Part shown: positions 17,672-28,866 of the stretch, in pieces
How positions within the stretch are numbered: position 1 is the first letter of the stretch
How the letters are laid out: every line of letters starts with the position of its first letter
DNA from: Longimicrobiales bacterium
GTDB lineage: Bacteria; Gemmatimonadota; Gemmatimonadetes; Longimicrobiales; Gaopeijiaceae
Assembly: GCA_965249725.1 (NCBI GenBank)
Contig: CBDFMQ010000002.1
Span: 2,112,001-2,176,000 of the forward strand
Direction: 5' to 3'
DNA length: 64,000 nt
Notes under the pieces: generated by a model
Told to the model about the DNA's origin: nothing
Database searches by the model: none
What the model saw: the letters and a program-made list of their open reading frames with translations, nothing else
Translations under genes and position numbers: made by a program

Positions 17672-19132
17672 GTGAAGGCCACGACTGGTTTTCTGCTCTG
17701 CCTATCAGCCCTCGCGACCACACTGGTGGTGGCCGCGACACCCGCACCGACCCCCACCGACACCGCACACCTCGCGGCAACCACCGCGCAGTACGGTGAG
17801 GTCCAGAGCGTATTCGATGCCAAGTGCGTGAGCTGCCACACCGGAGCCGACGCCGCGCGCGGGCTTCGCCTCGATTCCTGGGAAAGCACGATCGCCGGGT
17901 CCGACGAGGGAGAGGCCGTCATCGCCTACGATGCCGCTCGGTCCCTTCTGGTCGAGCTGACCACGAAGCTCGTGGAGGGTCCCCATCCGGCGGAGCTGGA
18001 CGCCGAAGGACTCACGGAGGACGAGGTGGCCCTCGTGGGCACCTGGATCGACGAGGGAGCGCCATCCGCGTCAGGGGAGATCCCCTTCGCCGACGCAGAG
18101 CATCTTCTCTATGCAGCGAACCAGAGCGAGGCCGTGGTCTCGGTCATCGACATGGAGACGAACCAGGTCGTGCGCACGGTGGACCTTCAGCCCCTCGGAC
18201 TCCCGGCCAACGCCTGGCCGCATCACATCGCAGTCGAGCCCGACGGCTCCTACTGGTACGTCTCACTCATCGCGGCCAACCAGATCCTGAAGTTCGATCG
18301 TCAGAACAACCTCATCGAGCGCATCGACTTCGTGCGCCCGGGCCTCCTGGCTCTAGACCCGGGGGGCGAGAACCTCTACGCCGCCCGGTCCATGGCCGCG
18401 GTGTCTCCGCCCCAGGAGATCGGAGTGATCCGGCGCTCGGACATGAGCTTCGAGGAGGTCGGGATCTTTCTGCCCAGACCTCACGCTCTGACCGTCCAGC
18501 CCGGGACGGGCACGGTCTTCACAGCCAGCCTCGCGGTGAACCAGATCGCGTCCTTCTATCCGGAGGACGAGGCGCTGGAGCTCGCCGACTTGGGCGGGGA
18601 CCGCCCGCACACGTTCATCGGGTTCGCGACCTCCCCCGACGGTCGGTGGATGGTGGGCACGACCGAACTGACGGCCTCCGTTTTCGTGTTCGACCTCGAA
18701 CGGACCGACATGATCCCGGTCGATACGATCGCTGTGAACGCGGCCCCTTGGCATCCCGCATTCACGCCGGACGGCCGGTGGGTCTACGTGGGCAACAACT
18801 GGGACAACACGGCGAACGTCATCGACATGGAGACCCGTACGCTCGCAAAGGTCATCGAGGGGAACGGTCTCGCGCAGCCACACGGGGCCGCGGTCTCACA
18901 TGACGGACGCTTCGCCTACATCGCAAGCCGCAACCTCGAAATGCCCGAAGGGCACAGCAAGTACGGACATATGTACACGCCGCGGTACGACACGGGGGAC
19001 AACGCCCGGGCGGGCACGGTCGTAGTGATCGACACCGAGACCCAGGAGATCGTGAAGGTCATCGAGATCGAGGGGTACGGTGCGGGGTTGGGTACCGCGG
19101 CTCCGCCGGGGACGGCTGCGCTGCTGCCCTGA
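17672..19132 (+). CDS. Exported cytochrome c (planctomycete-type) fused to a YVTN/YncE-like beta-propeller
   Basis: Signal peptide, CVSCH, GLRLDSW, WIDEGA; propeller repeats VSVIDMET, FTPDGRWVYV, VVVIDTET. Confidence 0.8.
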   Translation: MKATTGFLLCLSALATTLVVAATPAPTPTDTAHLAATTAQYGEVQSVFDAKCVSCHTGADAARGLRLDSWESTIAGSDEGEAVIAYDAARSLLVELTTKLVEGPHPAELDAEGLTEDEVALVGTWIDEGAPSASGEIPFADAEHLLYAANQSEAVVSVIDMETNQVVRTVDLQPLGLPANAWPHHIAVEPDGSYWYVSLIAANQILKFDRQNNLIERIDFVRPGLLALDPGGENLYAARSMAAVSPPQEIGVIRRSDMSFEEVGIFLPRPHALTVQPGTGTVFTASLAVNQIASFYPEDEALELADLGGDRPHTFIGFATSPDGRWMVGTTELTASVFVFDLERTDMIPVDTIAVNAAPWHPAFTPDGRWVYVGNNWDNTANVIDMETRTLAKVIEGNGLAQPHGAAVSHDGRFAYIASRNLEMPEGHSKYGHMYTPRYDTGDNARAGTVVVIDTETQEIVKVIEIEGYGAGLGTAAPPGTAALLP

Positions 19133-19139
19133 CCCCCCC

Positions 19140-19610
19140 CTACTGGTGGGTCAACTCGTAGTCCACGACGTGCCGGCCGCACTGCCCCAGATGCCGCACA
19201 TAAGGGGCCGCCATCTCGGAGACGATGAAACGAACGGCCAGTTCGCTGCACTTCACCGCGCTGCTAGAGTAGGAAATGCTGTAACTCTGGTTGACTCGCG
19301 CTCTCACACGTCGGAGGACGCGTTTCGGTGATTCGACGAGTTCGACCATCACACTCTCGAATTCGCTTCCCTCAGGCGCCTTGATTTCGCCACTGACGAT
19401 CCCGTTCACGGCCTTTTCAACCGCGTTAGGGAAGCCGGCCGGGGGATGTCCATCTTGCCCGTCGCGAGGCGGAATGGGCATGCCGCCCACCACGTCCTCA
19501 GGGGGCAGGCCACCCCCCTGATCCGGCCCGGGCTGGCCCATCCCGGGCACATAAGTTCCGCAAGCGCCGAGGCCCAACGCGAGTACGAGTGAGAGCTCTC
19601 TCACAACCAT
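19140..19610 (-). CDS. Hypothetical lipoprotein
   Basis: Lipobox LGLGAC, Pro/Gly-rich linker, GGAG RBS; fills the gap between flanking genes. Confidence 0.55.
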   Translation of the reverse strand: MVVRELSLVLALGLGACGTYVPGMGQPGPDQGGGLPPEDVVGGMPIPPRDGQDGHPPAGFPNAVEKAVNGIVSGEIKAPEGSEFESVMVELVESPKRVLRRVRARVNQSYSISYSSSAVKCSELAVRFIVSEMAAPYVRHLGQCGRHVVDYELTHQ

Positions 19611-19663
19611 GCTGTTCTCCTCCCCTCATGGTTACGACGAGATCGGAGCGATGTTTCCCTCCA

Positions 19664-21556
19664 CTACCGCATCACCCCCAAGACCAAGTGGGACGGGCTC
19701 TCCGCCGACCGGTAGACGGTCTGCGTGGCCACCTGGTAGTCCTCCGGCTGCGCGTGGTAGATATCCACGAACGTCTGGGGATTCCGGTCATAGGCCGGGA
19801 ACCACGAGCTCTGGACGTGCACCATGATGCGGTGGCCGGCCAGGAACGTGTGGAACTTGTCCTTCAGGTCGATGTCGATGCGGGCGACCTCATCAGGCAC
19901 CATCGGCTCCGGGTTCTCCATGCTGTTCCTGAACTTCCCGCGCATGATCTCTCCGGCCACGTGCATCTGGAAGCCACCCATCGGCACGTTGCACGATTCG
20001 CTCCGAGGCGCGTCGCCCGGGTAGACATCGATGAGCTTCACGATCCAGTCGGAGTCCGTGCCCGTCGTTGAGACATAGACGTCGGCCAGGATCGGCCCGG
20101 CGATGGTCAGGTCTTCCGTCAGAGGCTCCGATACATAGGTGAGTACGTCCGGCCGCGTGGAGGCGAAGCGCTGGTCCTCGACCTTCCAGAGGTGCCCCAG
20201 CGTGGTCCGGATCTCGGCCGAGAACGGGACGGGATGATTCGGATCGCTGACATAACTGTCGGACGCGTCAGCTCCCCTCTCGGTGGGCGCCTCGAAGGAG
20301 AGCGTGCCGTCGTCCCGCAGATAGAGGTTGGTGGCACTCACGCCGGGCGGGGGCCAACGGTCATACTCCCTCCACTCGTTCCGACCCGTCTCGAACACCA
20401 CCGCTTCGGGGGCGTCCCAATCCCCCTCCCCCTTCAGATGACGCCGGAAGAAGGGAGCCTGTACCCGGTTCTGGAAGTCGAGAGAGGTGGGTTGGTCGAA
20501 CTCGACGCACCCCAGGAAGTCTCCCTCCATGCTCCGCCATCCCCCGTGAAGCCACGGCCCGACGGCCAGTGTGTTCTGGCTGGCAGGGCTCATCTCTTCG
20601 ACGGTCCGATAGATCGACATCGGGCCGTAGAAGTCCTCCGTATCGAACCAGCCGGCGACGTTCAGCACGGCGTGATCGATACCGTCCAGGTGTAAGAGGG
20701 CATTCTGCTGCTGCCAGTACTCGTCGTACGTACCGTGCTCCATGAAGTCGTTCCAGGCGATCACGTCGCCCTGGAAATACATGTCGTCGATGTTGGCTGC
20801 GGACCCCGCGTTCAGGAAGAACTCGTATCCCCAAGGCGTGCCGTAGTCGAAGCGCGCTCCCCGGGTGTCGGTTGGAGCGTTCCGTACACGCGCGTTACCC
20901 GAGAGCCAACTGAAGGCATACATGATTCTGAACGCGCCGTTGTGGTGCCAATCGTCTCCCATGAACATGTCCGACGGTGACGCCTGTGGGGACGAGGCCA
21001 CCAGAGCGGGGTGCCGGTCGATCATGCCCATGACCGTCTGCCACCCGGGGTAGGAGATGCCCCACTGCCCGACCCGACCGTTGTCGTTGGGTAGGTAGTT
21101 CAGGGCCCACTCGATCGCGTCGTAGTTGTCGGTACTCTCGTCCGTCTCCGGTGCGCCGGGACGATCGCGGGCGAGCGGTTTGATCACCTCGAACTCGCCC
21201 TCGGAGCGGAACTTCCCTCGGACGTCCTGGAAGACGTAGATGTAGCCATCGCGATCGAAGTCGGCCGTGGGCCCCAGAGGCGTGCGGTATCTGTCCGGCT
21301 CGTAGGGCCCGATCGAATAGGGAGTCCGGAAGAGCATCACCGGATACTCCCTGGTGTCGTCCTTGGGAGAGTAGACGATGGTGTAGAGCCCAACACCGTC
21401 CCTCATCGGCACCATGTGCTCCGTCTTGTCGTAGTTCTCGCGGAGGTAGTCCTCGTGGCTCTGCTGCGGGGCGGCTGCAGCGTCGGGTACGCTCCAGAGC
21501 GTAGCCGTGGGTAGGAGTAGGACGGCTGCCGACAGGAGTGCGTGGGTGGTCTTCAT
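19664..21556 (-). CDS. CocE/NonD-family serine hydrolase (alpha-amino acid ester hydrolase/glutaryl-7-ACA acylase-like), secreted
   Basis: RTPY, QDVRGKFRSEG, GISYPG nucleophile elbow, GWFDTED, GPWLHG, PepX-like C-terminal domain. Confidence 0.92.
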   Translation of the reverse strand: MKTTHALLSAAVLLLPTATLWSVPDAAAAPQQSHEDYLRENYDKTEHMVPMRDGVGLYTIVYSPKDDTREYPVMLFRTPYSIGPYEPDRYRTPLGPTADFDRDGYIYVFQDVRGKFRSEGEFEVIKPLARDRPGAPETDESTDNYDAIEWALNYLPNDNGRVGQWGISYPGWQTVMGMIDRHPALVASSPQASPSDMFMGDDWHHNGAFRIMYAFSWLSGNARVRNAPTDTRGARFDYGTPWGYEFFLNAGSAANIDDMYFQGDVIAWNDFMEHGTYDEYWQQQNALLHLDGIDHAVLNVAGWFDTEDFYGPMSIYRTVEEMSPASQNTLAVGPWLHGGWRSMEGDFLGCVEFDQPTSLDFQNRVQAPFFRRHLKGEGDWDAPEAVVFETGRNEWREYDRWPPPGVSATNLYLRDDGTLSFEAPTERGADASDSYVSDPNHPVPFSAEIRTTLGHLWKVEDQRFASTRPDVLTYVSEPLTEDLTIAGPILADVYVSTTGTDSDWIVKLIDVYPGDAPRSESCNVPMGGFQMHVAGEIMRGKFRNSMENPEPMVPDEVARIDIDLKDKFHTFLAGHRIMVHVQSSWFPAYDRNPQTFVDIYHAQPEDYQVATQTVYRSAESPSHLVLGVMR

Positions 21557-21785
21557 GATGGTGTGCCTCTGCTCGGCCTATGACGTGGCAAGGGGGTAGA
21601 AGGGCAAGTTGACTGCGGTCGAGTGCCGTCGCAACTCTCGATTTACGCGTGCCTCTCCCGGGCGCCACAGAGCGTTCGAGGCGAGGCCTGCCGACGTTCC
21701 TGGGAGGCCGCGTGTGTATCTGTACCGTGACCATAAGTACGACAGCTAGGCCTGCGGAGCCATGCGCCTCAAGTCGAGGCCAGCC

Positions 21786-22550
21786 TTACTCGGGCACCTC
21801 AAGTTTGGTCACTGTAAGACCAAGCTCCGCTCGAAGACGAGTCCATCGACTGCAGTCCAGCGAAATATCATATGGGAGCTTCACGGGCGCCTCACTTCTC
21901 AAACCGGGCCGGACGTTCGGGGCTCGCCGGCGCGCCAACTCGTACGTCGACTTTCTCTCGGTGGCGATGTGGAGTGTCTCGACGTTCAGTTCGCCGCAGT
22001 TGAGAATGGCCGAGGCGAGCTCCGGTGCCACGATGTCGACGTAGTCCTGACTCGTGAAGACGTCGGTGAATGCCACCTGGTGCGGCCAAGCACGCGGTCG
22101 GAAGCTCGAGCGGATGACCAAGTGCTCGGGAGCCGACCTCGCTACCGCTTCAGAGACGATCTTGGTCAACGCATAATAGTTCAGCGCCGCGCCGAGCGGA
22201 TCTTCTTCTTTATAGCCCCCGTGCCGACCGTCGAATACGTAGTCCGTAGATATGTGGATCAGAAACGCACCGGCCGCGGCAGCACCGAATGAGACATTGC
22301 GGGTTCCATCGACATTTACAGCCCAGCACTTGCTTCGCTGCTCTTCGGCGCCTTGGACGTCTGTAAAACCGGCGGCATGGACAACCACCCTCGGCTTGTA
22401 CGTGGTAAGCACCCGTCGGATAGCCCCTGGATCGAGGACGTCCATTTCCTCCCGAGTGGGTGCGACCACACCCGGAAGCAAGCGACGAAGCTCCGTGCCG
22501 AGCGTGCCAGTGCCGCCCGTGAGCAGCACATCCGATGGGGGCGTCGACAC
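21786..22550 (-). CDS. rfbD: dTDP-4-dehydrorhamnose reductase
   Basis: TGGTGTLG, HISTDYVFDG, YALTK; last gene of the rml cluster. Confidence 0.85.
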   Translation of the reverse strand: MSTPPSDVLLTGGTGTLGTELRRLLPGVVAPTREEMDVLDPGAIRRVLTTYKPRVVVHAAGFTDVQGAEEQRSKCWAVNVDGTRNVSFGAAAAGAFLIHISTDYVFDGRHGGYKEEDPLGAALNYYALTKIVSEAVARSAPEHLVIRSSFRPRAWPHQVAFTDVFTSQDYVDIVAPELASAILNCGELNVETLHIATERKSTYELARRRAPNVRPGLRSEAPVKLPYDISLDCSRWTRLRAELGLTVTKLEVPE

Positions 22551-22552
22551 GT

Positions 22553-23104
22553 TCAGTACGTTGGGAGTGCTTCAGCACTGATTTCCGCCATAGTCGGCGC
22601 GGAGGCGTCCTTCCCCGACAGAATCGGGCAACTCAAGGGCCAGTCCACTCCGATCAGAGGATCATCCCAGCGGATGCAGAAATCCCCGGACGGATCGTAG
22701 TATTCGGTGCATTTGTAGCTGAGTACAGCGCGGTCGGAAACCGCCACGAAGCCATGCGCGAAGCCGGGCGGGATATAGAGTTGGCTCCCTCTCTCGGCGC
22801 TCAGAGTCAGTGCGGTCCACTCCATGAAGGTCGGGGAGCCACGCCTGATGTCTACGGCCACATCGTACGCTTCGCCGTAGAGCACCGTGACCAATTTCCC
22901 CTGGGGGCGGGGGGTCTGGAAATGAAATCCACGAAGTACGTTCTGTTCGGACACTGAGACATTGTCCTGAACGAACACGGCTTGGATGCCCGCCTCCCGG
23001 TAGGCTTGCTCTCTCCAAGTCTCGAGGAAGAGTCCTCTTTCATCCTGGTGAACCTGTGTCTCGAAGAGGAGCACCTCCTCTAGGGCTGTCGGCTTGCGAA
23101 TCAC
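22553..23104 (-). CDS. rfbC: dTDP-4-dehydrorhamnose 3,5-epimerase
   Basis: [15 protein letters not shown]...[26 protein letters not shown]. Confidence 0.95.
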   Translation of the reverse strand: MIRKPTALEEVLLFETQVHQDERGLFLETWREQAYREAGIQAVFVQDNVSVSEQNVLRGFHFQTPRPQGKLVTVLYGEAYDVAVDIRRGSPTFMEWTALTLSAERGSQLYIPPGFAHGFVAVSDRAVLSYKCTEYYDPSGDFCIRWDDPLIGVDWPLSCPILSGKDASAPTMAEISAEALPTY

Positions 23105-23973
23105 CTCTCACCCTCCGCGAACCGAAGGAGATACTCGCCATAGCCGCTGCCGACCATTGCCTTGGCAAGTCGCAACAGCTGCTCCCGATCGATGTAGCCC
23201 ATCCGGTACGCTACTTCTTCGGGCGCCGCGATCCGAAGACCTTGTCTGCGTTCGATAGCTCCGATGAAGGCGGAGGCCTCGGCCAGTGAATCCACCGTCC
23301 CGGTGTCCAGCCAGGCCATCCCCCGTCCAAGTACTTCCATCCGAAGGCGACCTTGATCGAGGTACTGCTGATTGACCGCTGTAATCTCGTACTCCCCCCG
23401 CGCAGACTTGGGAAGTGCCGAAGCAATCGAGACGACGTCGTTGTCGTAAATATAAAGACCGGTCACCGCGAGATCCGACTTCGGATCGCGGGGCTTCTCC
23501 TCGATGGAGAGAACGGATCCGTCACGGGCGAGTTCAGCGACACCGTACCGCCCTGGATTCTCGACACGATATCCGAAAACGGTTGCCCCTGACTCCTGCT
23601 CCGCGGCCAGTTGCAGCCTCGAGGCCAGGCCCTGTCCATAGAAGATGTTGTCCCCGAGGATGAGTGCGACCGAGTCGCTGCCGACGAACTCTCGACCGAT
23701 TACGAACGCCTGCGCGATGCCTTCAGGCGCATGTTGGATCGCGTACTCGATCTGGATCCCCCAGTCCTCACCGTTCCCCAATAGGTGTTCGAAGATTGGA
23801 AGATCTCTCGCCGTCGAGATGAGGAGAAACTCACGGATCCCTGCAAGCATCAGAGTGGACAACGGGTAGTACACCATCGGTTTGTCGTAGACCGGGAGGA
23901 GCTGCTTGCTTACGGCCTTCGTGATCGGATGCAGACGAGTACCCGATCCCCCAGCCAGGAGTACGCCCTTCAA
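23101..23973 (-). CDS. rfbA: Glucose-1-phosphate thymidylyltransferase
   Basis: [37 protein letters not shown]; probable TTG start overlapping the rfbB stop. Confidence 0.95.
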   Translation of the reverse strand: MKGVLLAGGSGTRLHPITKAVSKQLLPVYDKPMVYYPLSTLMLAGIREFLLISTARDLPIFEHLLGNGEDWGIQIEYAIQHAPEGIAQAFVIGREFVGSDSVALILGDNIFYGQGLASRLQLAAEQESGATVFGYRVENPGRYGVAELARDGSVLSIEEKPRDPKSDLAVTGLYIYDNDVVSIASALPKSARGEYEITAVNQQYLDQGRLRMEVLGRGMAWLDTGTVDSLAEASAFIGAIERRQGLRIAAPEEVAYRMGYIDREQLLRLAKAMVGSGYGEYLLRFAEGER

Positions 23974-25064
23974 GCCTGCCCCGGCGGGTGTAGGCCGAGC
24001 CGTTCGCCCCTGTACTCGCCCGTCCGGACGCGCTCCCACCACCACCGATTATCCAGATACCAGCGCACTGTGTCCTCCAGCCCCGTCTCGAAGTCTCGGG
24101 AAGGTTCCCAGCCCAACTCGTTCCTAATCTTAGAGGCATCGATAGCGTAGCGCCGATCGTGGCCAGGTCGATCATCAACGTACTCGATCAGATCGCGTCG
24201 TCGAATCCCGTTCGGGCTCGGAGCGAGGTCGTCCACGAAATCTGCGATGCTCGTCACAACATCAATGTTACGGCGCTCTGCCGCACCGCCGATAAGATAT
24301 GTGTCGCCAACGCGTCCAGCCTCCAATACCCGAAGGATGGCCGTAACGTGGTCGTCGACGTGGAGCCAGTCCCGGATGTTGGATCCCTGTCCGTAGACCG
24401 GGAGGCGTCTGTCCTCCAGAGCATTCAGAGTCACCAGCGGGATCAGCTTCTCCGGGAACTGGTAGGGCCCGTAGTTGTTGGAACAGTTCGTAATCAGGAT
24501 CGGCAGTCCATATGTACGTCCCCACGCCCTCACGAGATGGTCGGAGCTCGCCTTGGTCGCGGAGTATGGGGAGCTAGGGTCGTAGGCCGTGGCTTCGGTG
24601 AACCAGCCGTCTCCTGATAGGGAACCGAAGACCTCATCGGTGGACACGTGGTGAAACCGGAACCGAAGTTTCTCGCTCTCCGAAAGGCGACTCCAATGTC
24701 GGTGAGCCGCCTCCAGTAGATTGAGCGTCCCTGTGACGTTCGTCTCGACGAACCCCCTGGGACCGTCGATTGACCGGTCTACATGGGTCTCGGCGGCCAG
24801 GTGTATCACCGCCGAGGGTCGGTGAGTATCGAAGACGCCCCGAAGGGCTACTCGATCACGGATATCGACGTGCTCGAAACGGTAGAGCGGAGCCCCCTCC
24901 ACGTCTCTTAGAGAATCGAGATTCCCCGCATAGGAGAGGGCATCGACGTTGACTATCTGGGCAGTGGCAGCATCGATGGCAACTCGCACCAGAGCGGAAC
25001 CGATGAACCCGGCACCGCCCGTGACGAGAAGGCGTTGACCATCAAGAAAGTCTAAATCGGACAT
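23970..25064 (-). CDS. rfbB: dTDP-glucose 4,6-dehydratase
   Basis: [57 protein letters not shown]. Confidence 0.95.
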   Translation of the reverse strand: MSDLDFLDGQRLLVTGGAGFIGSALVRVAIDAATAQIVNVDALSYAGNLDSLRDVEGAPLYRFEHVDIRDRVALRGVFDTHRPSAVIHLAAETHVDRSIDGPRGFVETNVTGTLNLLEAAHRHWSRLSESEKLRFRFHHVSTDEVFGSLSGDGWFTEATAYDPSSPYSATKASSDHLVRAWGRTYGLPILITNCSNNYGPYQFPEKLIPLVTLNALEDRRLPVYGQGSNIRDWLHVDDHVTAILRVLEAGRVGDTYLIGGAAERRNIDVVTSIADFVDDLAPSPNGIRRRDLIEYVDDRPGHDRRYAIDASKIRNELGWEPSRDFETGLEDTVRWYLDNRWWWERVRTGEYRGERLGLHPPGQA

Positions 25065-25390
25065 AATCCCCGCTGGTGGACTCGGACAGATGCTCGCAAC
25101 GACAGACTGCAGCAGGAGGCACGGACTGCGCCAACCGTACGGGGGGCGGGTCAAAGTCGGCGCGTCTCCATACCTGCAACCGTCCGGCGGCCAGAATCTA
25201 AGCTATGTGATTATGCGCTGCAGGCACCCTGCGGAAAGGGGCGGGTGGCTCGAAAGGGACCAGGGGCTGACTTGCCGTTTGTCCTGGCCGCAGACGTCCG
25301 CATAGCTTGCATGGACAGATCGCCGACTCAGGGTGGGCGCATTCTTTTGGGCCCTGTCGCGGGACGGCGAATCGCAGATTGAGGAATCCA

Positions 25391-25673
25391 ATGTTCGGTT
25401 TGCGGAAAAGTCGGCAGCAAAAGGTATTCTGCGTCGGTGATGAATAGGCTCCTCTTCGACTCGCCGGAGGACGATCCGTACTGTCGAGAATCGCTGATTC
25501 GCCACTACGAGAACCATGTCTATTCGGTTCGCCAGTACTTTCGACATCATCCAAAGGACCTGCTCGTTATCGATCCCTCCCAGCGCGATGCGTACAGAAG
25601 ACTCTGTGAGTTTTTGGGGAAACCCGCTGTCTCTGAAGGATTCCCACATCTGAACAGGACCGATGCCGAGTAG
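25391..25673 (+). pseudogene. Sulfotransferase-family gene with a large internal deletion
   Basis: GAGGA RBS then MFGLRKSRQQKVFCVG, joined out of frame to ...HYENHVYSVRQYFRHHPKDLLVID...RLCEFLGK...FPHLN. Confidence 0.7.
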
Positions 25674-25690
25674 AGTCCATCGAGCCGTGC

Positions 25691-25858
25691 TCACGCCAGA
25701 CGTGTCCCGGGCGGGGACTCACGGCCGTCGGTCGACCCGTTGATGACGAAGACCACCTCGTATCGGAGGCCGTCGACCCGCTGGCGGGCGAGCTGGGGCA
25801 CTGTCCTCTCGAGGAGTGTTCGTCGATTGAAGGTGGGGATGACGACGGAGATATCCAT
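25691..25858 (-). pseudogene. N-terminal stub of a family 2 glycosyltransferase
   Basis: MDISVVIPTFNRRTLLERTVPQLARQRVDGLRYEVVFVINGSTDG, then unrelated residues and a stop at 55 aa. Confidence 0.8.
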
Positions 25859-26058
25859 GAGGCTTTCGGAAGTCGGTGGGTCGCGTTGCTAATCGTCGTC
25901 AGCGTCAGTTCGTCAACATACAATAAGCGGCGTGTGCGGCCAAAGAACGATACCGACCGTGGCGCTGGAAGGAGTGTGAGGTTGTCGAGAAAGCAGATCC
26001 GGCGTGTGTACCTCGGACGAAGACGGACCGGCGCGTGGCCGGTCTCTGGAGGGCGGTG

Positions 26059-27138
26059 ATGTCGGTGGTGGTTGTAACCGGCTCTGCCGGTCTCGTCGGT
26101 TCGGAGGCCTCCAGATACTACGCCGAACGGGGGATGGATGTGGTGGGCGTCGACAACGACATGCGCCGAACGTTCTTCGGCGCCGACGCCTCCACGAGTT
26201 GGCAACGGAAGAATCTCGAGAATCACCTCGGCGCAAGCTACCGGCACGTGGACGATGATATCCGGGACACCGACCGTGTCGCTTCGCTCTTCGGCGAGTA
26301 CGGGAACAAGATCGAGTTGGTGATTCACGCCGCCGCCCAGCCCTCTCACGATTGGGCCGCGACCGATCCGGTCACCGACTTCACCGTCAACGCGAACGGC
26401 ACGCTGAGCATGTTGGAGGCCACCCGCCGATACGCCCCCGAGGCCGTCTTCGTCTTCTGCTCGACGAACAAGGTCTACGGCGATGCACCCAACCGGCTCC
26501 CGCTGGTCGAAATGGAGACCCGCTGGGAGATCGAGCCTTCGCACCCGTACGCCGGCGGAATCGCGGAAAATATGTCGGTGGACCAAAACCTCCACAGCCT
26601 GTTCGGCGCCTCGAAGCTCTCGGCCGACATTCTCGTGCAGGAGTACGGCCGCTATTTCGGCATGAGAACGGGGTGCTTTCGCGGTGGTTGCCTGACCGGC
26701 CCCAACCACTCTGGCACACAGCTTCACGGCTTCCTGGCCTACCTGATGAAGTGCGCAGTGACCAGCGAGCCCTACACCGTGTTCGGGTACAAGGGCAAGC
26801 AGGTAAGAGACAACATCCACAGCGCGGACCTGATTCGGGCCTTCGACGCGTTCTTCGAGGCGCCTCGCGAGGGGGAGATCTACAACATGGGGGGCGGCCG
26901 CGAGAGCCACTGTTCGATGCTCGAAGCCATCCACCTCTGCGAGCAGATCGCAGGACGCGAACTGAATTGGAGCTACTCGGAGGACAATCGGGTCGGAGAT
27001 CACATCTGGTATGTCAGCGACCTCGGCAAATTCAAGAGCCACTACCCGGATTGGCAGATCCAGCACAACATCGAGGCGCTCCTCACCGAGATCCATGCGA
27101 TGAATCGCGATCGCTGGCTGGAAGAGGGCCGGGGGTGA
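26059..27138 (+). CDS. NAD-dependent nucleotide-sugar epimerase (CDP-paratose 2-epimerase-like)
   Basis: [43 protein letters not shown]. Confidence 0.85.
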   Translation: MSVVVVTGSAGLVGSEASRYYAERGMDVVGVDNDMRRTFFGADASTSWQRKNLENHLGASYRHVDDDIRDTDRVASLFGEYGNKIELVIHAAAQPSHDWAATDPVTDFTVNANGTLSMLEATRRYAPEAVFVFCSTNKVYGDAPNRLPLVEMETRWEIEPSHPYAGGIAENMSVDQNLHSLFGASKLSADILVQEYGRYFGMRTGCFRGGCLTGPNHSGTQLHGFLAYLMKCAVTSEPYTVFGYKGKQVRDNIHSADLIRAFDAFFEAPREGEIYNMGGGRESHCSMLEAIHLCEQIAGRELNWSYSEDNRVGDHIWYVSDLGKFKSHYPDWQIQHNIEALLTEIHAMNRDRWLEEGRG

Positions 27139-27938
27139 TCGACCGAGGCAAACGCAATGTGGTCGGCGTCATGGTGGACGTCGTGGATTACGACGGCGCC
27201 GTGACTCGGATCGTCGATGCCGCACGTCGAGAACACGCTCTCGGGGTCTCCGCCCTTGCCGTTCACGGAGTGATGACCGGGGTTCTCGACGACTCGCACC
27301 GATTCAGGCTCAACCATCTCGACCTCGTCTGCCCGGACGGCCAGCCCGTGCGATGGGCCCTCAATTGGTTGCACGGGGCGGGCCTGCGCGACCGCGTCTA
27401 CGGCCCGGACCTGACCCTTCGGCTGTGCGAAGAAGCCGCCCGGGAGTCATTGCCGATCTACCTCTACGGCAGCCGACCCGAAGTGCTCGAGTCGCTCGGA
27501 AGCAACCTTCAGAGCCGCTTTCCGGAACTCGAGATCGCCGGGTCTCAGCCATCCCGCTTCAGGGCTCTCTCCGAGGAGGAGAGGACAGAGGTGGTTGGTC
27601 AGATCGTGGACAGTGGAGCGCGTATGGTCTTCGTCGGACTCGGCTGTCCGCGCCAGGAGGTGTGGGTCTACGAGTACCGCGATCTCTTGCCAATGCCGCT
27701 CATCGCCGTGGGTGCCGCCTTCGATTTCCATGCGGGCAACACCGCGCAGGCGCCCGAGCGCCTGCAGAGCGCGGGCCTGGAGTGGTTGTTCCGGCTCTTG
27801 CACGACCCCGCCCGGCTTTGGCACCGGTACCTCGTGCTCAGCCCACGATACCTCATGCTACTGCTGCTTCAGGCTACCCGGCTCCGCCGCTTCGACCCGG
27901 CGGCGTCACCCCCGAGCGCCGAGCTGCGGCACGGATGA
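27135..27938 (+). CDS. WecB/TagA/CpsF-family glycosyltransferase
   Basis: [46 protein letters not shown] overlap. Confidence 0.92.
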   Translation: MIDRGKRNVVGVMVDVVDYDGAVTRIVDAARREHALGVSALAVHGVMTGVLDDSHRFRLNHLDLVCPDGQPVRWALNWLHGAGLRDRVYGPDLTLRLCEEAARESLPIYLYGSRPEVLESLGSNLQSRFPELEIAGSQPSRFRALSEEERTEVVGQIVDSGARMVFVGLGCPRQEVWVYEYRDLLPMPLIAVGAAFDFHAGNTAQAPERLQSAGLEWLFRLLHDPARLWHRYLVLSPRYLMLLLLQATRLRRFDPAASPPSAELRHG

Positions 27939-27966
27939 GCCTTGCCGGCCCCCACCGGGCCGAGAC

Positions 27967-28866
27967 CTACAAGTACCCGTCGTAGTACTCCCCGAGGTAC
28001 TCCCGCAGGGCGATCCTCCAGTCACGCATCTTGTTCAGGTTTCGCAGGGTCAGCTTCTTGTTCACCAACCGTTCGGAGGCCGGGCGTTCCGCAAAGTACT
28101 CCTTCTTGAAATGATCGGAGTCCACCTCGAGGATGGCCACGTCGTCCTTCAGGCCGAGTAGCCCGATGAGCTCCCTCGCCACCTCGAGTCGTGACGTCAT
28201 GCCCTCACAGACGACGTTGTACAGCCCCCAAAGCTCCTCCTCCAGGAGCCTGCCCACGTGACGCACGAAGTCGTGCGTATACGTAGGCGTGCCGAACTTG
28301 TCGTTGACGACGTGGAGGGTCTTCTTCCCGTCTTTGAGCTGCCGCATGATCTTGTGCACGAACTTCTTGTCCTTGCGTGGGCCCCCACCCATCATCCAGC
28401 CGGCACGACACACGAGATACCGGTCGGCGTTCTCGACTACGTAGCGCTCTCCCATGTACTTTGAGCGGGCATAGTGTCCGATCGGATTGGGAGTATCCCA
28501 GTCATCGTACGTGCCTTTCTGGCCATCGAAGATCCCGGCCGTGCTGACATAGACGACGGGGATGCTCAGAGCGTTGGCAAGGAGAACGCCGTTCTCGACC
28601 GCCATCGTATTGGTCGCATACGTGTCCTCGACGTGGAGCTCACAATACTCGAGATCCGTGTACGCGCCCACGTGGAACAGATAGTCCGGCCCGAACGATT
28701 CGACGGCGTGACGATATGCGTCGAAATCCCTGAAATCGAGTGGGCTGAGCCACTCCTCATTGACATCGATATCGGAGCACTCCAGTTCGTACGCGCCACT
28801 GAAGTGCTTGTAGAACGCCTCTCCGAGCATGCCACCGCACCCGGCAATGTAGATCCTCTTTTTCAT
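27967..28866 (-). CDS. Second RmlD-like SDR (dTDP-4-dehydrorhamnose reductase family)
   Basis: AGCGGMLG, AYTDLEYCE, STAGIFDG, YARSK, DKFGTPTY; real start at MKKRIY. Confidence 0.85.
   Translation of the reverse strand: MKKRIYIAGCGGMLGEAFYKHFSGAYELECSDIDVNEEWLSPLDFRDFDAYRHAVESFGPDYLFHVGAYTDLEYCELHVEDTYATNTMAVENGVLLANALSIPVVYVSTAGIFDGQKGTYDDWDTPNPIGHYARSKYMGERYVVENADRYLVCRAGWMMGGGPRKDKKFVHKIMRQLKDGKKTLHVVNDKFGTPTYTHDFVRHVGRLLEEELWGLYNVVCEGMTSRLEVARELIGLLGLKDDVAILEVDSDHFKKEYFAERPASERLVNKKLTLRNLNKMRDWRIALREYLGEYYDGYL

Noticed and set aside
17672..19132. nirS/nirN nitrite reductase call
   Set aside because: Architecture is similar, but the cytochrome domain is planctomycete-type and no heme d1 biosynthesis genes are present
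26352..27134. Long N-terminal extensions in the ORF track (also 28867-29316, 49260-49826, 36699-36983, 31280-31501)
   Set aside because: They overlap neighbouring genes or intergenic DNA; better starts with an RBS or stop/start overlap exist downstream
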